Source: Eledone cirrhosa (Eukaryota). Taken from it: a DNA stretch of 64,000 nucleotides. The position numbers and the translations under genes were made by a program. Below the pieces are notes generated by a model. The model worked only from the letters and a program-made list of their open reading frames with translations. It did not search any database and was not told the origin of the DNA. The DNA lies in assembly GCA_964016885.1 (NCBI GenBank), contig OZ024743.1, forward strand, positions 122,946,001-123,010,000, given 5' to 3'. Positions 1 to 13,776 of this stretch are shown piece after piece (position 1 is the first letter of the stretch; each line of letters starts with the position of its first letter).

Positions 1-770
1 CTACATAATGAATACCGGCTACGCAATTGATCTTGTTGTTTAAGGAAGTCTGCGAATAGTGTTTTAAAAAATTATTTGTTAACTCACATGATGTGAAATG
101 GAAGGGTAGTAGTATCCACATGAAGATTAACAACCGAAAATGAAAATAATTATGTCGTTTGATTTTACGATTGAAAGAAAATAATTGTCGCAAATTAGAA
201 TTTTTATTTGTTAATGAAGTGTGTATGTGTGGTTAGAAATCCGGCACGTGGTTAAATTGATTTAAAGTTTAATTATTCATTTGATGTGAGTGTGTGCTTG
301 TATGTGTTTGCAAATAAATAAATCAGTTTGAAGACTCACATTTAGAATAAACGAAATTGTACGTTAATGTGGCTAATCTTTTTGTTGTTTAGTCTGTAAA
401 GTGTATGAGTGAGAGAGTAAAACGGACAGTATCACTATCAACATGAACAATGTAAAATGAAAAGAATAGTTGTTTCAGCTTGGAAAGAGAAAGTAGCAGA
501 AAGTATGAAGTTGTAAAGATTTTGAAGGGTAATGGAAAGAAATTAGCAGTTGAAATGAGAGAGATATATAGTAAAATATTGAGTTTTATCGATTTTGTTT
601 GTAATTGTGGGTGAAATTGAAAAGAATATATGTGCCATGACCCAATTGAAGCTATTTCGAATACTGAATTGTAAATTTAAATTGAAGAAATTCTATATCG
701 TAGATTTCTATAACAAAGATATGTGACCATACACTGAGCTTTATAGATTATGGTATAAACCCCCCCCCCC

Positions 771-841
<71 letters not shown>

Positions 842-1085
842 ATACTTTGGGAGGGTCATGTTGCCAATAAGAAACACACGATTTCAGATAAAGAATCTTG
901 CTAAACAAATTCAGAAACGAAATATATATATATGTATATATGTGTATGTGTGTAAAATCTAATGTGGATTATACATTTACCAGCGGGCTTACTGATATTT
1001 TCATGCAGTAATTCAAAATTGGTTCACGCTGTTTATTCAATCACATTTCTAAAATATATTTATAAAAATATTTCTAAACCATATG

Positions 1086-1142
1086 TATTCTATATATATT
1101 CAAGGGTACCAAAACTTTGGTGCGCTCTCATCAGATAAAATA
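1086..1142 (-). ncRNA. Degenerate minimal hammerhead ribozyme in the pLTR of the Penelope-like element
   Basis: Minus strand reads tattttat-CTGATGA-gagcgcacca aagttt tggtaccctt-GAA-tatat-atagaata. Stems I and II pair, but the GAAA/stem III segment is shortened relative to the 15330 and 60179 relatives. Confidence 0.6.
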
Positions 1143-2349
1143 CAAAGTTTGTGTTATAAATATTGACATATCAAGGAAGGAGATCTTAACGGTTCAAGTT
1201 TTTCCTGGATAGTAAAAGGAAAGAGGTGACAGAGAGGAAAAGTCAAATATTTCAAATTATTAAGATGAATATGCAAATGAGGTTGAGGTATAGGGCTGAA
1301 AAAAAACATTATTTTTAGACGCTAGATAGATTTAAATAATTATTAGGATATATAAATATGTATGTGTAGGAAGAAGAAAAAGAAAGAAAGAAAAGCTTGT
1401 ATTTACGGGAATTTAAAAAGAATTAACAGTTTGTAGGAATGGTGGAATATGACTCCAGAATTAAAAAAAAATATTTAGCTATATTATGAGTTATAATATT
1501 ATATATATAATTAATTAGATTATATGAAGAATTATGGTTGTAAGTGCATTTTATCTTATTATATTGCAACAGTTGTAAGTATATAAATATCTATATAGAT
1601 TAATAAGTGTGCAAGTATAAGTATTATTGATGATTTTATAGAAATAAATCACACGTATTAATTGTTTACATTCCTAATATGAGCTACGAAGGATGTTGAT
1701 TTTACATTTTACATAAATATTTAAGAAAAAGACGTAGTTAAAATTGTAAGAGAAGAAGAATTTGTAGATTCAAATATTTTCATCCAACATTGAAAATGTT
1801 TTCAGAACATTGTTAATTTAGCGAAATTATATAATTTATCATACAAGTTATCATGTCTATGTGTGCTCAATTGTAAAGGAAAAGATAACTCCAATATTAT
1901 TTGCTAACCATTAAATTTGATGAATGATTTTCTTAGAAAGTATGTAGAGAAAATTATATATTATTTTGTGTGAGATTATAAGGTATTTTATATTATATGT
2001 TTTTCAAGGATCAGAATTTCTATTACATATTATCTACGTCGAAAGATGTGTGAAAAGTTTGAAAATTAAAGAGAGGAAAAATGTATTATTAGATAAGTCA
2101 AGAGTATTAGATAAGTCAAGAGGATATCTTTCAGAATGTCAATTAAAGAATATCAATCTAAATCTAAAAAATAGATTAACAAGAGTATCATTAGGAAAAG
2201 AATATCAAATGGTAAAAATACTAAATTTAAGAAGGAAGATCATATTAAAAATTTACATTTTTTTAAAGAAAATCTCAGCAAATAATAGATAATAGAATCA
2301 TTTTAAAGGTGTATAAGATGTAGTTAAATGTAATGAATATCATAGATTA

Positions 2350-3612
2350 AAAATACTTCGGAAAGTGGATTTTTGGCGATGTATGGAAGAAGTAAATAAT
2401 TCTATTTTTAAATTAATAGAGTTTTGACAGTTAATTATATTAACAAATGTCCTCGATACACAAATGACAGATTCTTGAGAAAGTCATATTTCGGTATGCA
2501 GGTGCTTTCGAAATCGTTCCCCAAGATATTGAATAGTCTATATTGTTGTCCTTTAAATTCCCAATTAGATGTGAGAGTGAAGTGGAAGATTTTTATCGGA
2601 CCTATTAAATGTATGTTTGTGGTTGTACCAACCTTCTTTGAATTTTGTAGAAGTGGCACCTATATAGTTAAATATTTTGTCTCTAGTTTTAACTGTGCAT
2701 TTATAAATTAAGTTTTTGTCTAAGCAATTATTTTGTACAGGGCAGTTTGATTCAATTCTACAGTTACATTTTCTGGAGTTGTTACTAGGAACGGTACTAT
2801 TATTATGAATATTGTTAATTGAAATATTATTATTGCTAGCTTGGTTTGTTTGGTTAGGGTTTAGATTTAAGTTTCTATTATTAATTCTATTTATATGTTG
2901 TGCTATTTTCATAGTAGTAGAGTAGGATAGTTTTATAGTGTGTCTGTTAAAAATAGAGTTGTATCTGTGGGTTTTAGGAAAATACTTATCTAGTGCTTTG
3001 AAAAATAGCTTTGCTAAAGGTGTTTTAACGCCTAATGAGAATGGGGGAGAGTTCCAAATAATATTTCTAGTTCTAGTATTTAAGTTGAATTGTTTATTAT
3101 TATTATAATGAATTCTAGGATGATTTATCATGTTATTGTTATCTAAGTAATTAATTTTATTCGTGTATCCTGCTCTATATAAAGCCTCATTGTAATATTC
3201 TGCCCTATCATCAAAAATATTTTTTATTAGTAGAGATGCGTGAAATCCGTTGCTGGACGCTATTGACAATAGTATTTTTTTATATTTCTAGGATGATTAG
3301 AATTAAAACTTACGTAATTTAGATGTTTATTAATTTTATGGAATAATATAGACCTGAGCTAAGGTTTAAGGTTACATCTAAGAAGTTAACGATTTTATAA
3401 TTATTCTCGATTTCTAAATTAAGGTTGTAGTTGTTGAAAAACTATATTATAGATTTCTTTTTCCTATTAATTTCACTATTGCTATGGTTTTCAATTAAAA
3501 GTAACATATCGTCGCGATATAAACCTCCGGCCATCTCTGGCATTTTTCTATGCAGTACATTATTAATAAATAATCCAACGAGGTCTGTTACTTGCGCCGA
3601 GTCAGATGATCC
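2350..3612 (-). pseudogene. PLE reverse transcriptase/GIY-YIG ORF remnant
   Basis: YRDD RT catalytic motif at ~3505-3520; IY...YIG motif at ~2655-2705; in-frame TAG at ~3443; frameshifts near 3335 and 2590. Confidence 0.9.
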
Positions 3613-3618
3613 TTTTTA

Positions 3619-3664
<46 letters not shown>

Positions 3665-3667
<3 letters not shown>

Positions 3668-3931
3668 TTGTCTCCCGGTATTCGCGGGGGCTACGTTCCT
3701 AGAGCACCCACGGAGAGCAAAAATGCTTATAAACGTCAAAATATAACGTAAAATGAAGCACGAGAGAGCGTTTTATGCGAAGGGATGTCCGATAGGCAGG
3801 GAAATACGGTGTATTGTTATTAATAATTTAGCATTAAGAACATATATATTGCCATGACAAAGGCCATTAAAAAATCGCCGAAGATATTTGCAATTCAGCG
3901 AATAACCTGGACCGCAAATGCCGGGGGTGCA

Positions 3932-3934
<3 letters not shown>
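3665..3934. mobile_element. Tc1/mariner-superfamily (pogo/Tigger-like) MITE
   Basis: Imperfect ~23-bp TIRs: cagttgtctcccggtattcgcgg versus the reverse complement of the right end, cagtgcacccccggcatttgcgg. It sits within (TA)n, consistent with a TA target, and has no ORF. Confidence 0.75.
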
Positions 3935-3967
<33 letters not shown>

Positions 3968-4129
3968 TTAAGGATTCTATTTATGGTTATGTATATACTA
4001 AAACCTTTTATAGTTATATATATTTTAAACCCTAAATAGTGAGACAGTAATTTATTACTACCTTATTACCAGTAAGATAAATAGCTCAATGTAATAACAT
4101 CAGTTGTTCTACAGAGCAGTTAATATGTA

Positions 4130-4230
<101 letters not shown>

Positions 4231-4256
4231 CATACATATATATGCATACATACACA

Positions 4257-4293
<37 letters not shown>

Positions 4294-4295
<2 letters not shown>

Positions 4296-4572
4296 CGAAG
4301 GAAATGTGGTAAGGAACCAGATGGACCATAACGCACCAAAGTACTAAAATACTTAGGGTAGTAGAGTGGGTAATAGGAACGAGTAGGACCCCGACGGCTG
4401 AGCTCAAGCCGTTTCGACGGTTAATTCTGGACTGAGTCCAGAATTAGCCGTCGGAATGGCATGAGCTCAGCCGTCGGGGTCCTACTCGTTCCTATTACCC
4501 ACTCTACTACCCTAAGTATTTTAGTACTTTGGTGCGTTATGGTCCATCTGGTTCCTTACCACATTTCCTTCG

Positions 4573-4574
<2 letters not shown>
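4294..4574. mobile_element. 281-bp near-perfect palindrome of a short TA-inserted repeat (family A, probable PLE 3' end)
   Basis: Arms are symmetric about 4434 (ctggac-tga-gtccag) with ~4 mismatches; (TA)n on both sides. Confidence 0.9.
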
Positions 4575-4658
<84 letters not shown>

Positions 4659-4691
4659 ATGCATATATATATATGCATACATACATATATA

Positions 4692-5533
4692 TACTAGACC
4701 TGCAAAATGCGCAAGCTCTTAAGAGCCACAGAATGTTTTAATAAACCTTCAAAAGTGTGGGACTAGAGTTATTGCTCAAACATATTCTAATCATTATATA
4801 TTGTATACTCTGTGGCATCCTTTTATAAAAAACAGACTCATAACAAACTCAAGACGACACCATACTTATTTAAGCTAATGTTCAATATCTCATATTAGAT
4901 GTTTAGTAATGATTAATACGAAATGCACTTAAACCGAATTCTATATTATAAATTCACTTAAATAATTTTTTAGCAACAACTCTAGTCCCACACTTTTGAA
5001 TGTTTATTGTAACATTCTGTGGCTCTTTTGAGCTTGCGCATTTTTCAGGTTTAGTTTAATATTTTTTTAAGGCAACGCTTGTAATAACTCTAGTTAAAGA
5101 TGATATATATTAATAATAAATTATCGTTGTAATGTAATTAGATTATATAATTATTATTTTATAAATGATCTTATAAATATTATTGTAAGATGTATAAAAA
5201 TATTTTCAGACTTAACATAAAACGAACAATAATATGGACAAATATACAAGTAAATATGATACGACTAATATTATACGACGAAATACAGGAGCAAGATTAG
5301 AAAGCGAAACGATAAATAAACGTGTGGCGGATGCTTTTGATCAACAATTACTCTCATTGGTTGATTAGCCAATAAGACGATGAAATTAGCCAATAAGATG
5401 ATACATTTCAAAGGATGTTTGGCAAGGATCACCACAGCCAGCGAAACCGCTTGAATGTTTTATTCACAAGCTACGCATATATGCCAGACATGCAGACTTA
5501 AAACATTCTGTTGTTAGTCACTGCGTGTCTAAC
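4692..5533. mobile_element. Unclassified non-autonomous element with internal inverted repeat (family G), copy 1
   Basis: 4692-4780 is inverted relative to 4968-5056. The whole unit is colinear with 24357-25773, with the same ends (tactagac...gtctaaca), and is microsatellite-flanked. Confidence 0.8.
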
Positions 5534-5549
5534 AGATACATATACACAT

Positions 5550-5654
<105 letters not shown>

Positions 5655-6172
5655 TGGTTGGAACTGTATGGTCAGTTGTGGCATCCCCGTGTGTCCCAGT
5701 GTCTGTTCATTGCGACGGTCAGCGAATAGACGACTCGCAATATATGATCGTTCAAGCTGATCATCTAGTTTCTCTCAGTTCAAAGACCAACCTGCGTGGT
5801 GAAAAACCACATCCTACACGAGGTACTTCTTATGTGGCTATCATAGTCTAGTCTAGCAGAATAGGTGGGATTTAGAGCAGTAAATCTTGATAAAAATCCT
5901 GCTTGTCTCATAGTAAGGAGTAGCTCATGCGACGATCATCAATTTAGTTAGATGCCTTCAGCTTCCTAAATCCTGTGTCTTCGTAGATGACGGACTATTA
6001 ATTCGAAAATGGATTGGCACAACTGTCCCATTTATCAGAGAAATCTACGAATATGCAGGTGTGGAGAGCCGCATATGCTCTAGGAATTAGAAAAAGCAAA
6101 ATAAATGCTTCACCTTCGAAAGTTTCAAGAAGAGAATACACACACACACATACACACATATATATGTATATG

Positions 6173-6293
<121 letters not shown>

Positions 6294-6944
6294 TGTTATA
6301 CTTTGGGAGGGTCAGAAACGAAATATATATATATATATATATATATAAATATATTTATTTATTTATTAAAATAACAGAAAATAACTCCTTATCGAGCCCT
6401 CTATGAATTTTAGTCTTCAAATTTATTATTATTACTATATATTATATATATATATATATTATATATAAGCTGACATACAAATTATTAGGATTAATGGATT
6501 CAATAAGGTAAGGTAGAGCATAATTTAAATTTAAGATTATATGCTGTTTTCTTTCTCTTTTCACTTTTTCACAGATTACTACACTGCATATTAATAGGAA
6601 TGGTCACATTTCTGACAAAATACGAGTATCATAAATATAAGAATAAATCAATATTTATTTAGGTTCTGAATTCAAATTTTGTCAGAATTGATTCGTGGAT
6701 TGAAATATCTCCCCGAAATACACATGAGTCGGACTACTTTCACGGTAAGAAATATTTATCATCTTTGTAGTCTTCGCTTGTCCTATTAGTAGTGAGAGTA
6801 GTAGCTATTGACAAGCGAGTTAAACGACTTGAACCGGTTAGATAATCTTGTAGCTTAACGTGTATAGGATAGTTTTCATTGTTCATGAAAATATGCCACG
6901 TATAGATGTGCTATTGTTTATACGTTTGCATGTTTGTGCGTGTT

Positions 6945-7080
<136 letters not shown>

Positions 7081-7855
7081 AGTGTGTATGGGTGTTGCGC
7101 GGTAAAGTGTCCACATGGAAGTTTGATATCACAGCAGTGTATGATAGAAAGACAAAAGTGTTAAGATTGCCTTTGGACCAAATACTATACGTGTGAAAAA
7201 AAAAATTTAAAATATGTAATGTGGCATGCATGCAATTGAACAGTATTCCAAGTGGCTTGTTTAAAGTAACTTGATCATGGCCAGAAGCTTTGCAACTGTT
7301 GTCATTTGGTAAAGTCATCCATTTATGTTACGAAAGTGTCATTATTTATTTTTAAACAGTGATTTAGGAATTTAGGACGGAATATCGAAATTGCATATAT
7401 TAGCACGCACAGACAGACGTCTGCTGATTATAATGCTTCTTGTGAATGTCTGGAGTTAAGCGAGGTAAATTTTAGACAGGAAAATATATAATAAAAAACA
7501 TACAGTAAGTGTAGAAGAGGAAACGTTGACTGTTGTTTGAAATTGGCCAGAGGATTAACCCCATTTGTTAAAATTTTTTTATGGAAACGTTATCTTTTTA
7601 CGTATCAATGTGGATCAGTAACAGAAAATTACTGTAGAATTGCCGGGAACTAATGGTGCAAGTGAAAACAATTCAGAAAAATTAATATGCAAAAATCCCC
7701 GTAAAAAACTATACATATAACAATTTATAACAAAAGGTGGAATGGGTATTTATATTTGAATTCAAAGCTTAGCCGAACTATATATATATATATATATATC
7801 CAGGGAGTGTAGCGTGAAGTTACTGACTAGAGTTTCACCTAGGTGAGTATATATA

Positions 7856-7894
<39 letters not shown>

Positions 7895-7967
7895 ATTTTT
7901 ATCTAAAGACATTTTTTCCAATTCCAAATCTATCTATCGTCCGAAACGGCATAGCATATTGTTAATA

Positions 7968-8124
7968 TGTTATCCCTGAAATATATATAATGAAATAAAT
8001 ATGGTTTTATAAATATAGTTTCCATTTATTTAATATTGTAAATATACTCCGAATATTTGTCGAGTGCTTTTATATCAGTTATAAATATTTACTAGTTGTA
8101 ACACAACAATTTAAATATAACTTT

Positions 8125-8127
<3 letters not shown>
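7968..8127 (+). mobile_element. 3' end of family B pLTR-like repeat (only the 3' half of the hammerhead retained)
   Basis: tatccctGAAAtatatataatgaaataaatatggttttataaatatagtttcc... is colinear with 15368-15525 and ends in (TA)n. Confidence 0.8.
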
Positions 8128-8200
<73 letters not shown>

Positions 8201-9310
8201 TTGTGTGTGTGTGAGAGAGCGAGAGCGAGAGAGGCCTTAAATGTGTGCATGTATCATAGAAAAGACAGTAATTAATGTTATGTTTAGTTTAATAGTGCCA
8301 CACTTGCTTGGCACATTATATATGCATATAGATAGATATATGCATATTAAGGAGATGGACTTTAGATGAAACTTACACTGGATAGAATACTAATGTTACA
8401 GACATTTCTGAAATGACGGTTACCTAGTCTGAAGGATTAAATGAAATGTATCTCGTAGGTTAAAGTGTTTCTTTTGCTGTTTAGTCAATATCTACTCTAA
8501 TTGAAAGCACATATTAAAGGTACTCTAATTATGGTACCCGGTCTTTAAATCTGATTATGTTATGTAATATGTCCTTTTTATCCCTCTTTATGGCAGCAGA
8601 ATGTGATTTAAAGGATATTTAGCTGCTTCTTCGAAAAGTTTACGTCACCACGTCGACGAGTCCTCATTGTTCCTTGAATAGTGTTCTTCATTGAACTAAA
8701 CTGAACTCATAACCAACACGCTAACTCAGGCTCTAACTGACTCGGATATTTCATCACATTTTAAAAAGTTCATCCTTTATATTTAAATCTCACATTGTCA
8801 ACAAGATTACAAAAAGAAAAAAAAAAGGTGCGGTTTATATAGCTATTGAATTCTTTTCGACTAGTCATAACTGCAAATAGGTGTCAGTGTTGTTGGTATG
8901 TGTCCAGAAAAATTAACAGGAACATTTCAATAAATGACATATTTATGTTGTTATTTCGTTGTTTCATTTAAATTATTATCTAAAACGTGACGTTGTTTTC
9001 ACATATTTGTAATGCAATTATATTAATTGTATTGTCATTGCATACATGTGCATACGTATAATGCTATTATATAAATTGTGTTATCATTGTGTACAAGTCA
9101 TGTTAATAAGCGAATTAAAATATTTCTTTAATTATTTAAACTATTATTTGTGGTATTTAAATTAAATGTGGCATTTTCCCCCATTAACTGTTTTTCCTAT
9201 CGAAAAGTACGAATATTTCCATGTGATTCTCATTGTTTATAACTACTCTTGAAAATAGAAATATTTCAGCAACGCCTTACAATGTAGTTGGGCGATACTT
9301 TGAATATGAG

Positions 9311-9460
9311 GAAGCAGCTATGGATAAATGGTTAAGAAATTCACTTCGCAATCACGAGATCCTGATTTCGATTCACACTGCGTCTGTTTAATGTAGCTTC
9401 AGATCGACCAAAGATTTTTGAGTGAAATTCGATGGTCAGAAATTGTGCTGAAGCCAATCG
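9311..9460 (+). mobile_element. Decayed tRNA-derived SINE (second family)
   Basis: tggttaagaaattcacttcgcaatcacgag...ttcgattc is a degenerate A/B-box head, similar to 42660-42815. Confidence 0.45.
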
Positions 9461-9788
9461 CACTGATTCGGCTCTGGAACGGCATCAAAGGTACACCTAT
9501 ATTGAGAATTCTAGGACACTTATATGCTGATGCAAGAGTCGAGCCTTCAATCAATGGACACCGACAGAGCAATCATAATTTAAAATATGTATTTGACGCA
9601 GTGAATGTTTCATTCTTGTATATATATACAGTACTATGTGGTGGATAGCACTTAAGCGTGTACTGTTATTCTACATAAATGTAGACATTTTTAACATGCA
9701 AATGTTTAAACATAGGATGGATTCAACGCGTCCTTTCATTTATATACACTTACGTATGCGTACAGACATATACATACACACACACGAA

Positions 9789-9854
<66 letters not shown>

Positions 9855-9868
9855 TAGATACATAGATA

Positions 9869-10026
9869 TATGAAAATAGTCAGGATCTAACTGTCGGATC
9901 TAGCTGTCGAAACGACCGGAGTTCAGCCGTCGGAGTCTTGATTCTTTTCATATTACCCACTCTACTACTCTAGTATCGAGTACACTGGTGCGTTATGGTT
10001 CACCTGGTTCCTTAACACACTTTCTT

Positions 10027-10030
<4 letters not shown>
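9869..10030 (+). mobile_element. Family A repeat with short inverted 5' arm
   Basis: gtcgaaacgaccggagttcagccgtcgg...tattacccactctactac...gttccttaacacac matches the 4294-4574 arms; atgaaaatagtcagga is inverted relative to tcttgattcttttcat. Confidence 0.85.
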
Positions 10031-10073
<43 letters not shown>

Positions 10074-10821
10074 CACACACAGATATTTTATTTATTATGT
10101 ATTATTTGTTCCTCAGTGACCTTTCTCAATCACGTCAACTATATCAGAGTTGATCTGATGTCATTATCACGAGAGCCGTGAATGAGAGTAGAAAAAAAAA
10201 CCACAAAATAAAAATAAGATGTAATGTTGTCTGAGAGGTGTGATTTTATTCTGATTACAGGAACAGTTAGCTTTGAATTATCTAGAATAATATAGAAACT
10301 AATTGAAAGAATTATGTTTGACATTTCAATCTAACTTTATTTATGTTTGTTTACGTTTTCTTTATATTAATATGATTTTGCATCCTACGTGCGTGTCTAT
10401 GGCCACGTCTGTGTTTATGTTTACCGTGGTCTAAAATTTCGTGTTTTTTATGTTGCGATGCCTTATGTAAACAGAGTATTGAAGAAACAACGGTATGAAG
10501 TAAGTATATAGATAAATAACAAAAGCAGCAGCACCAAGTGGTTTAATTCTCTAGTGTTTTGTTTGCGGGTAGAACAAATCAGCTGCCATAGAAATGCCTG
10601 ACTATCTGTCGGGTCGTCTGCCTGCCTGTCCATCTGCTTGTCTGTCAGTCTGTATGTCTGTGTGTCTGTATAATTGTATGTATATATGTATGTGTATATG
10701 TATGTGTATATGTATATGTATGAAAAAAAAATTGTCTGTCGACTTTCGTCAAATTGGACCGAGGAAACAATGTTTCCGTCGGTTTATCCAATTGCTACTG
10801 CTATCTATCGGTCGCAACTGC

Positions 10822-10941
10822 AGGAGCAACGTGAAATAAACTGTCTTGCTCAAGGACATAACGCATCGCCCGCTCCAGGAACCGAACTGACAACATCATG
10901 ATTGTTAATCTAGTTCTCTAACCAATCAGCCACACGCCTTC
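10822..10941 (-). mobile_element. tRNA-derived SINE head plus conserved central domain (third family)
   Basis: Minus strand: ggcgtgTGGCTGATTGGtt (A box)...GTTCGGTTCC (B box)...tgtccttgagcaagacagtttatttcacgttgctcc. Confidence 0.65.
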
Positions 10942-11009
10942 ACTAAAGGTATGGATATGTATGTATATATATATATATGTATGTATGTATGTATGTATAT
11001 ATATATGTC

Positions 11010-11420
11010 GGGAGAGATGACCCCTTAGCCTTTGTCAAGGCAGAATTCTAGGAGAAGGAAACCTCTGATATAACACCTGCAACCCTGATGGTATCCAATG
11101 ATGTTGACTTGTTCTTCTTTTTGGTAAATATCATCTTGGTTAAGAGAGTGGGACTGGCTTTGTGCAGTGCCTTTGCTCACTATAAAAGCTTCACGGCACA
11201 GGCATTGCTTTATATCTGGAGATCTCTCTGCACTTGTCGTCACATGGTACCATGGGCCCAACACTATGTGTCAATAATTGTCACAAGTGTAGTCTTTGTA
11301 CCAGAGTTTTCAAGTCGCTGGCTGGACTAAAAAGTCACACTCGTTCAGCGCATCAGTAGGGGTTCTCCTACATGGATATAAAGTAGTGGCCGTACTCGAA
11401 AACGAGTTGGCAGCCACCAT
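11010..11420 (+). repeat. Old interspersed repeat, related to 59700-60045 (-)
   Basis: Shared colinear blocks ggagat..cccct...ttctag.a.gga.aa.ctctg.t.taa...ccaatgatgttgac.t...cttctt...gtt.agagagtg.g in both loci, in opposite orientation. Confidence 0.6.
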
Positions 11421-12594
11421 ATATATATGTATGTATGAGTCTGTGTTTGTGTGTGTCTATGTCTCAGTGTGTTTGTACCGACATACTAATTTTCCTTTTG
11501 TATAATTGCTTTTGATGTTACTTAGTTCCAAGTTTCAGGAGATCTGAGATCAGATATTCCGTCCGTGACAAACATGTCTACTTATTCAATGTATCCTTCC
11601 TTAAGATAATCTCAGTATAAACGTTGTTTCAGTATCTGTGGTACTTTATTTACTTACTGTTAGCTTCCGTTCCAAACTAATGAAATCTATATTTCAGTAT
11701 AAATACCCAAATGTACGAAGAGCTCAGTCTTGAAATATACCAAGTCTCCAGTGATGTGTACAACTGTTGCAATTGTTGACATTGTTTATTATTTAACACC
11801 AAGCTACTTACGTAACCACCCGTACATGCAAGAATACATACATATATATATACATATATATATACATACGTACATATATACATACTTAAATACATGCAGG
11901 CATACATACGTACATACATACATACATTCTTACATACATGCATACATACATGATGGCTGCCCCTCGTATCGAGTATGGCCATTGCACGATATACCATAAT
12001 TAAAAATTATTAATTAATTCCATGGTGCAATGCCTGTGCGTGAAGATATTTTTAAAGTGAGGACATATATATATACATGCGTATATACATATTTACACAC
12101 TTTTGGATGGCCGTTGATTCTTATGAGTTCTTCCGCATACATACATACATATATACATACATACATACATACATACATACATACATGATAACTGCCACTT
12201 CTTTACAGAAGAGGGACAACTCTTCAACGTTGTGCTGAACGGCAATGAGACCAAAAATGACTCCGCAAACCTGCCCCGCTGCTCCGAGATGTCACGAACG
12301 TAACTTCCGCCTTATGCTCTCTCATGTGCCGCTTGAGTCAAGCAGCAGATCTACTGGCTTTGTTGCAAATCTGACACAAATACTCCACAAGGATTTCAGG
12401 GAAGACACCACTATAATTGGCCCCAGACTGCTGATTGCAATGAGCTCTTAAATGACTAGCAGGCCCAGGACGAGAAAGAAAAACAATATCCGAGCTATTA
12501 ATAATATAAATTCAAGAGCGAATGACATATATAAGAATATATCAAACAATACACAGGAGATAATTCGCAGACATATGTAAGTCCTTGGTTTCAA

Positions 12595-12918
12595 TTGTTG
12601 CCGTGCGTGACTGGGGCTTTGAACTGGTTGACCACCCTTCATAGTCTCCTGAGTTGTCCCTATCTGACTATCAACTGTTCCTCATCATGAAAAAATACTT
12701 TGCTGGGCAGCTGTATTACAGTGATGATGACGTCATATTTGCTGTTGATGACGTTTTTGACCAGCATGATAGAAGCGTCTTCCCCAAATGGATCCGAGCA
12801 CCTCAACGCCGAAGGAGGACGTGTGTACACCGCAAGGAGTACTATGTTGAAAAATAAACCTCATTTGGTCACATTCTAAGAAAGCATCCTGGTCAGCCCA
12901 TGAAGTTTACAACCGACC

Positions 12919-12923
<5 letters not shown>
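12595..12923 (+). mobile_element. Mariner transposase C-terminal remnant plus right TIR
   Basis: Translates GFELVDHPS*SPELSLSDYQLF..MKK...G..YYSDDDVI.AV...CV..K.YYVEK*, a decayed HPPYSPDLAPSDY motif and typical mariner C-terminus. It is followed by a TIR-like ...ccgaccctca and TA. Confidence 0.85.
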
Positions 12924-12959
<36 letters not shown>

Positions 12960-13027
12960 AAAAAGAGATGAAATCGAAAATGCAACTGAAGTCTTATTTT
13001 TAAAAAAATTTATATATTTATTTGGTT

Positions 13028-13065
13028 CCTTTACCGGTTTCGCAGTTCTTCTGCTTTTCAAAAGG
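13028..13065 (-). ncRNA. Inverted identical copy of the U3-A8 minimal hammerhead
   Basis: Exact reverse complement of 13119-13156. Confidence 0.75.
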
Positions 13066-13118
13066 TGAGTTGAGATGGAGGGTCTGTGGTTTTTCTTCAG
13101 ACCCTCCATCTCAACTCA

Positions 13119-13156
13119 CCTTTTGAAAAGCAGAAGAACTGCGAAACCGGTAAAGG
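13119..13156 (+). ncRNA. Minimal type I hammerhead ribozyme, U3-A8 core variant
   Basis: cctt-TTGAAAA-gcag aagaa ctgc-GAAA-ccgg-TA-aagg. Stem I is cctt/aagg, stem II is gcag/ctgc, stem III is the palindrome ACCGGT, and the cleavage triplet is GUA. Confidence 0.75.
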
Positions 13157-13287
13157 AACCAAATAAATATATAAATTTAAAAAAAAAATAAGACTCCAGT
13201 TGCATTTTCGATTTCATCTCTTTTTCTTTATACTTTCACTCGTGTAGGACACCTCGGTTATTTTTCATTTTGTAAAAAACACCTCAC

Positions 13288-13338
<51 letters not shown>

Positions 13339-13728
13339 CACACACACAAACATACATAATATATGTAATTACGAGGTAAATACGCTTTACGGTGAATCTT
13401 AAACCGTTTAGATGTCATATCTATCTAGACTATATATATATAAGGGGTGGTGTAATTGTTTTTATGGTATGTATGCTTGTGTGTGTATGCATGCTTTTAT
13501 GTAGGGAAATAGATATGGAGTGTTTATGCACAAAGGTACATAGGTTCAGCCAAACATTATATGTTAAAACGTTGATGATTGCTTAGCTCAGTGGATTAGG
13601 GCACTCACCACAATTTGACAGGCATGGAACTTGATATTTCATAGCGGCTGCTGCCCACCTTTTGTGTCTCTAGAGATATTTTGTCCAACTTTCTAATATA
13701 CTATATATATATATATATATATATGTAT

Positions 13729-13776
<48 letters not shown>

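Larger units (their letters stand above)
955..3612 (-). mobile_element. 5'-truncated, decayed Penelope-like retroelement (RT C-terminal half + GIY-YIG endonuclease + long 3' region ending in a hammerhead-bearing pLTR)
   Basis: Manual minus-strand translation from 3612 gives GSSDSAQVTDLVGLF...GGLYRDDMLL...VNFLDVTLNL...SNHP (PLE RT motifs). ORF 2565-3269 continues into CNCR..CP...C...IYKC...YIGATSTKFK..WYNHK (GIY-YIG). A frameshifted tail reads ...CHLCIE...LNLKIELF...HR. Stops and frameshifts are present. Both ends abut TA/TG microsatellites. The 3' boundary is approximate. Confidence 0.9.
12953..13293 (+). mobile_element. Family C pLTR-like repeat with ~135-bp inverted 5' arm
   Basis: 12953-13086 is the reverse complement of 13098-13233; (TA)n on both sides. 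Confidence 0.88.

Noticed and set aside
1966-2292. 108-aa plus-strand ORF
   Set aside because: AT-rich antisense of the PLE 3' region, with a local tandem duplication and no recognisable motif
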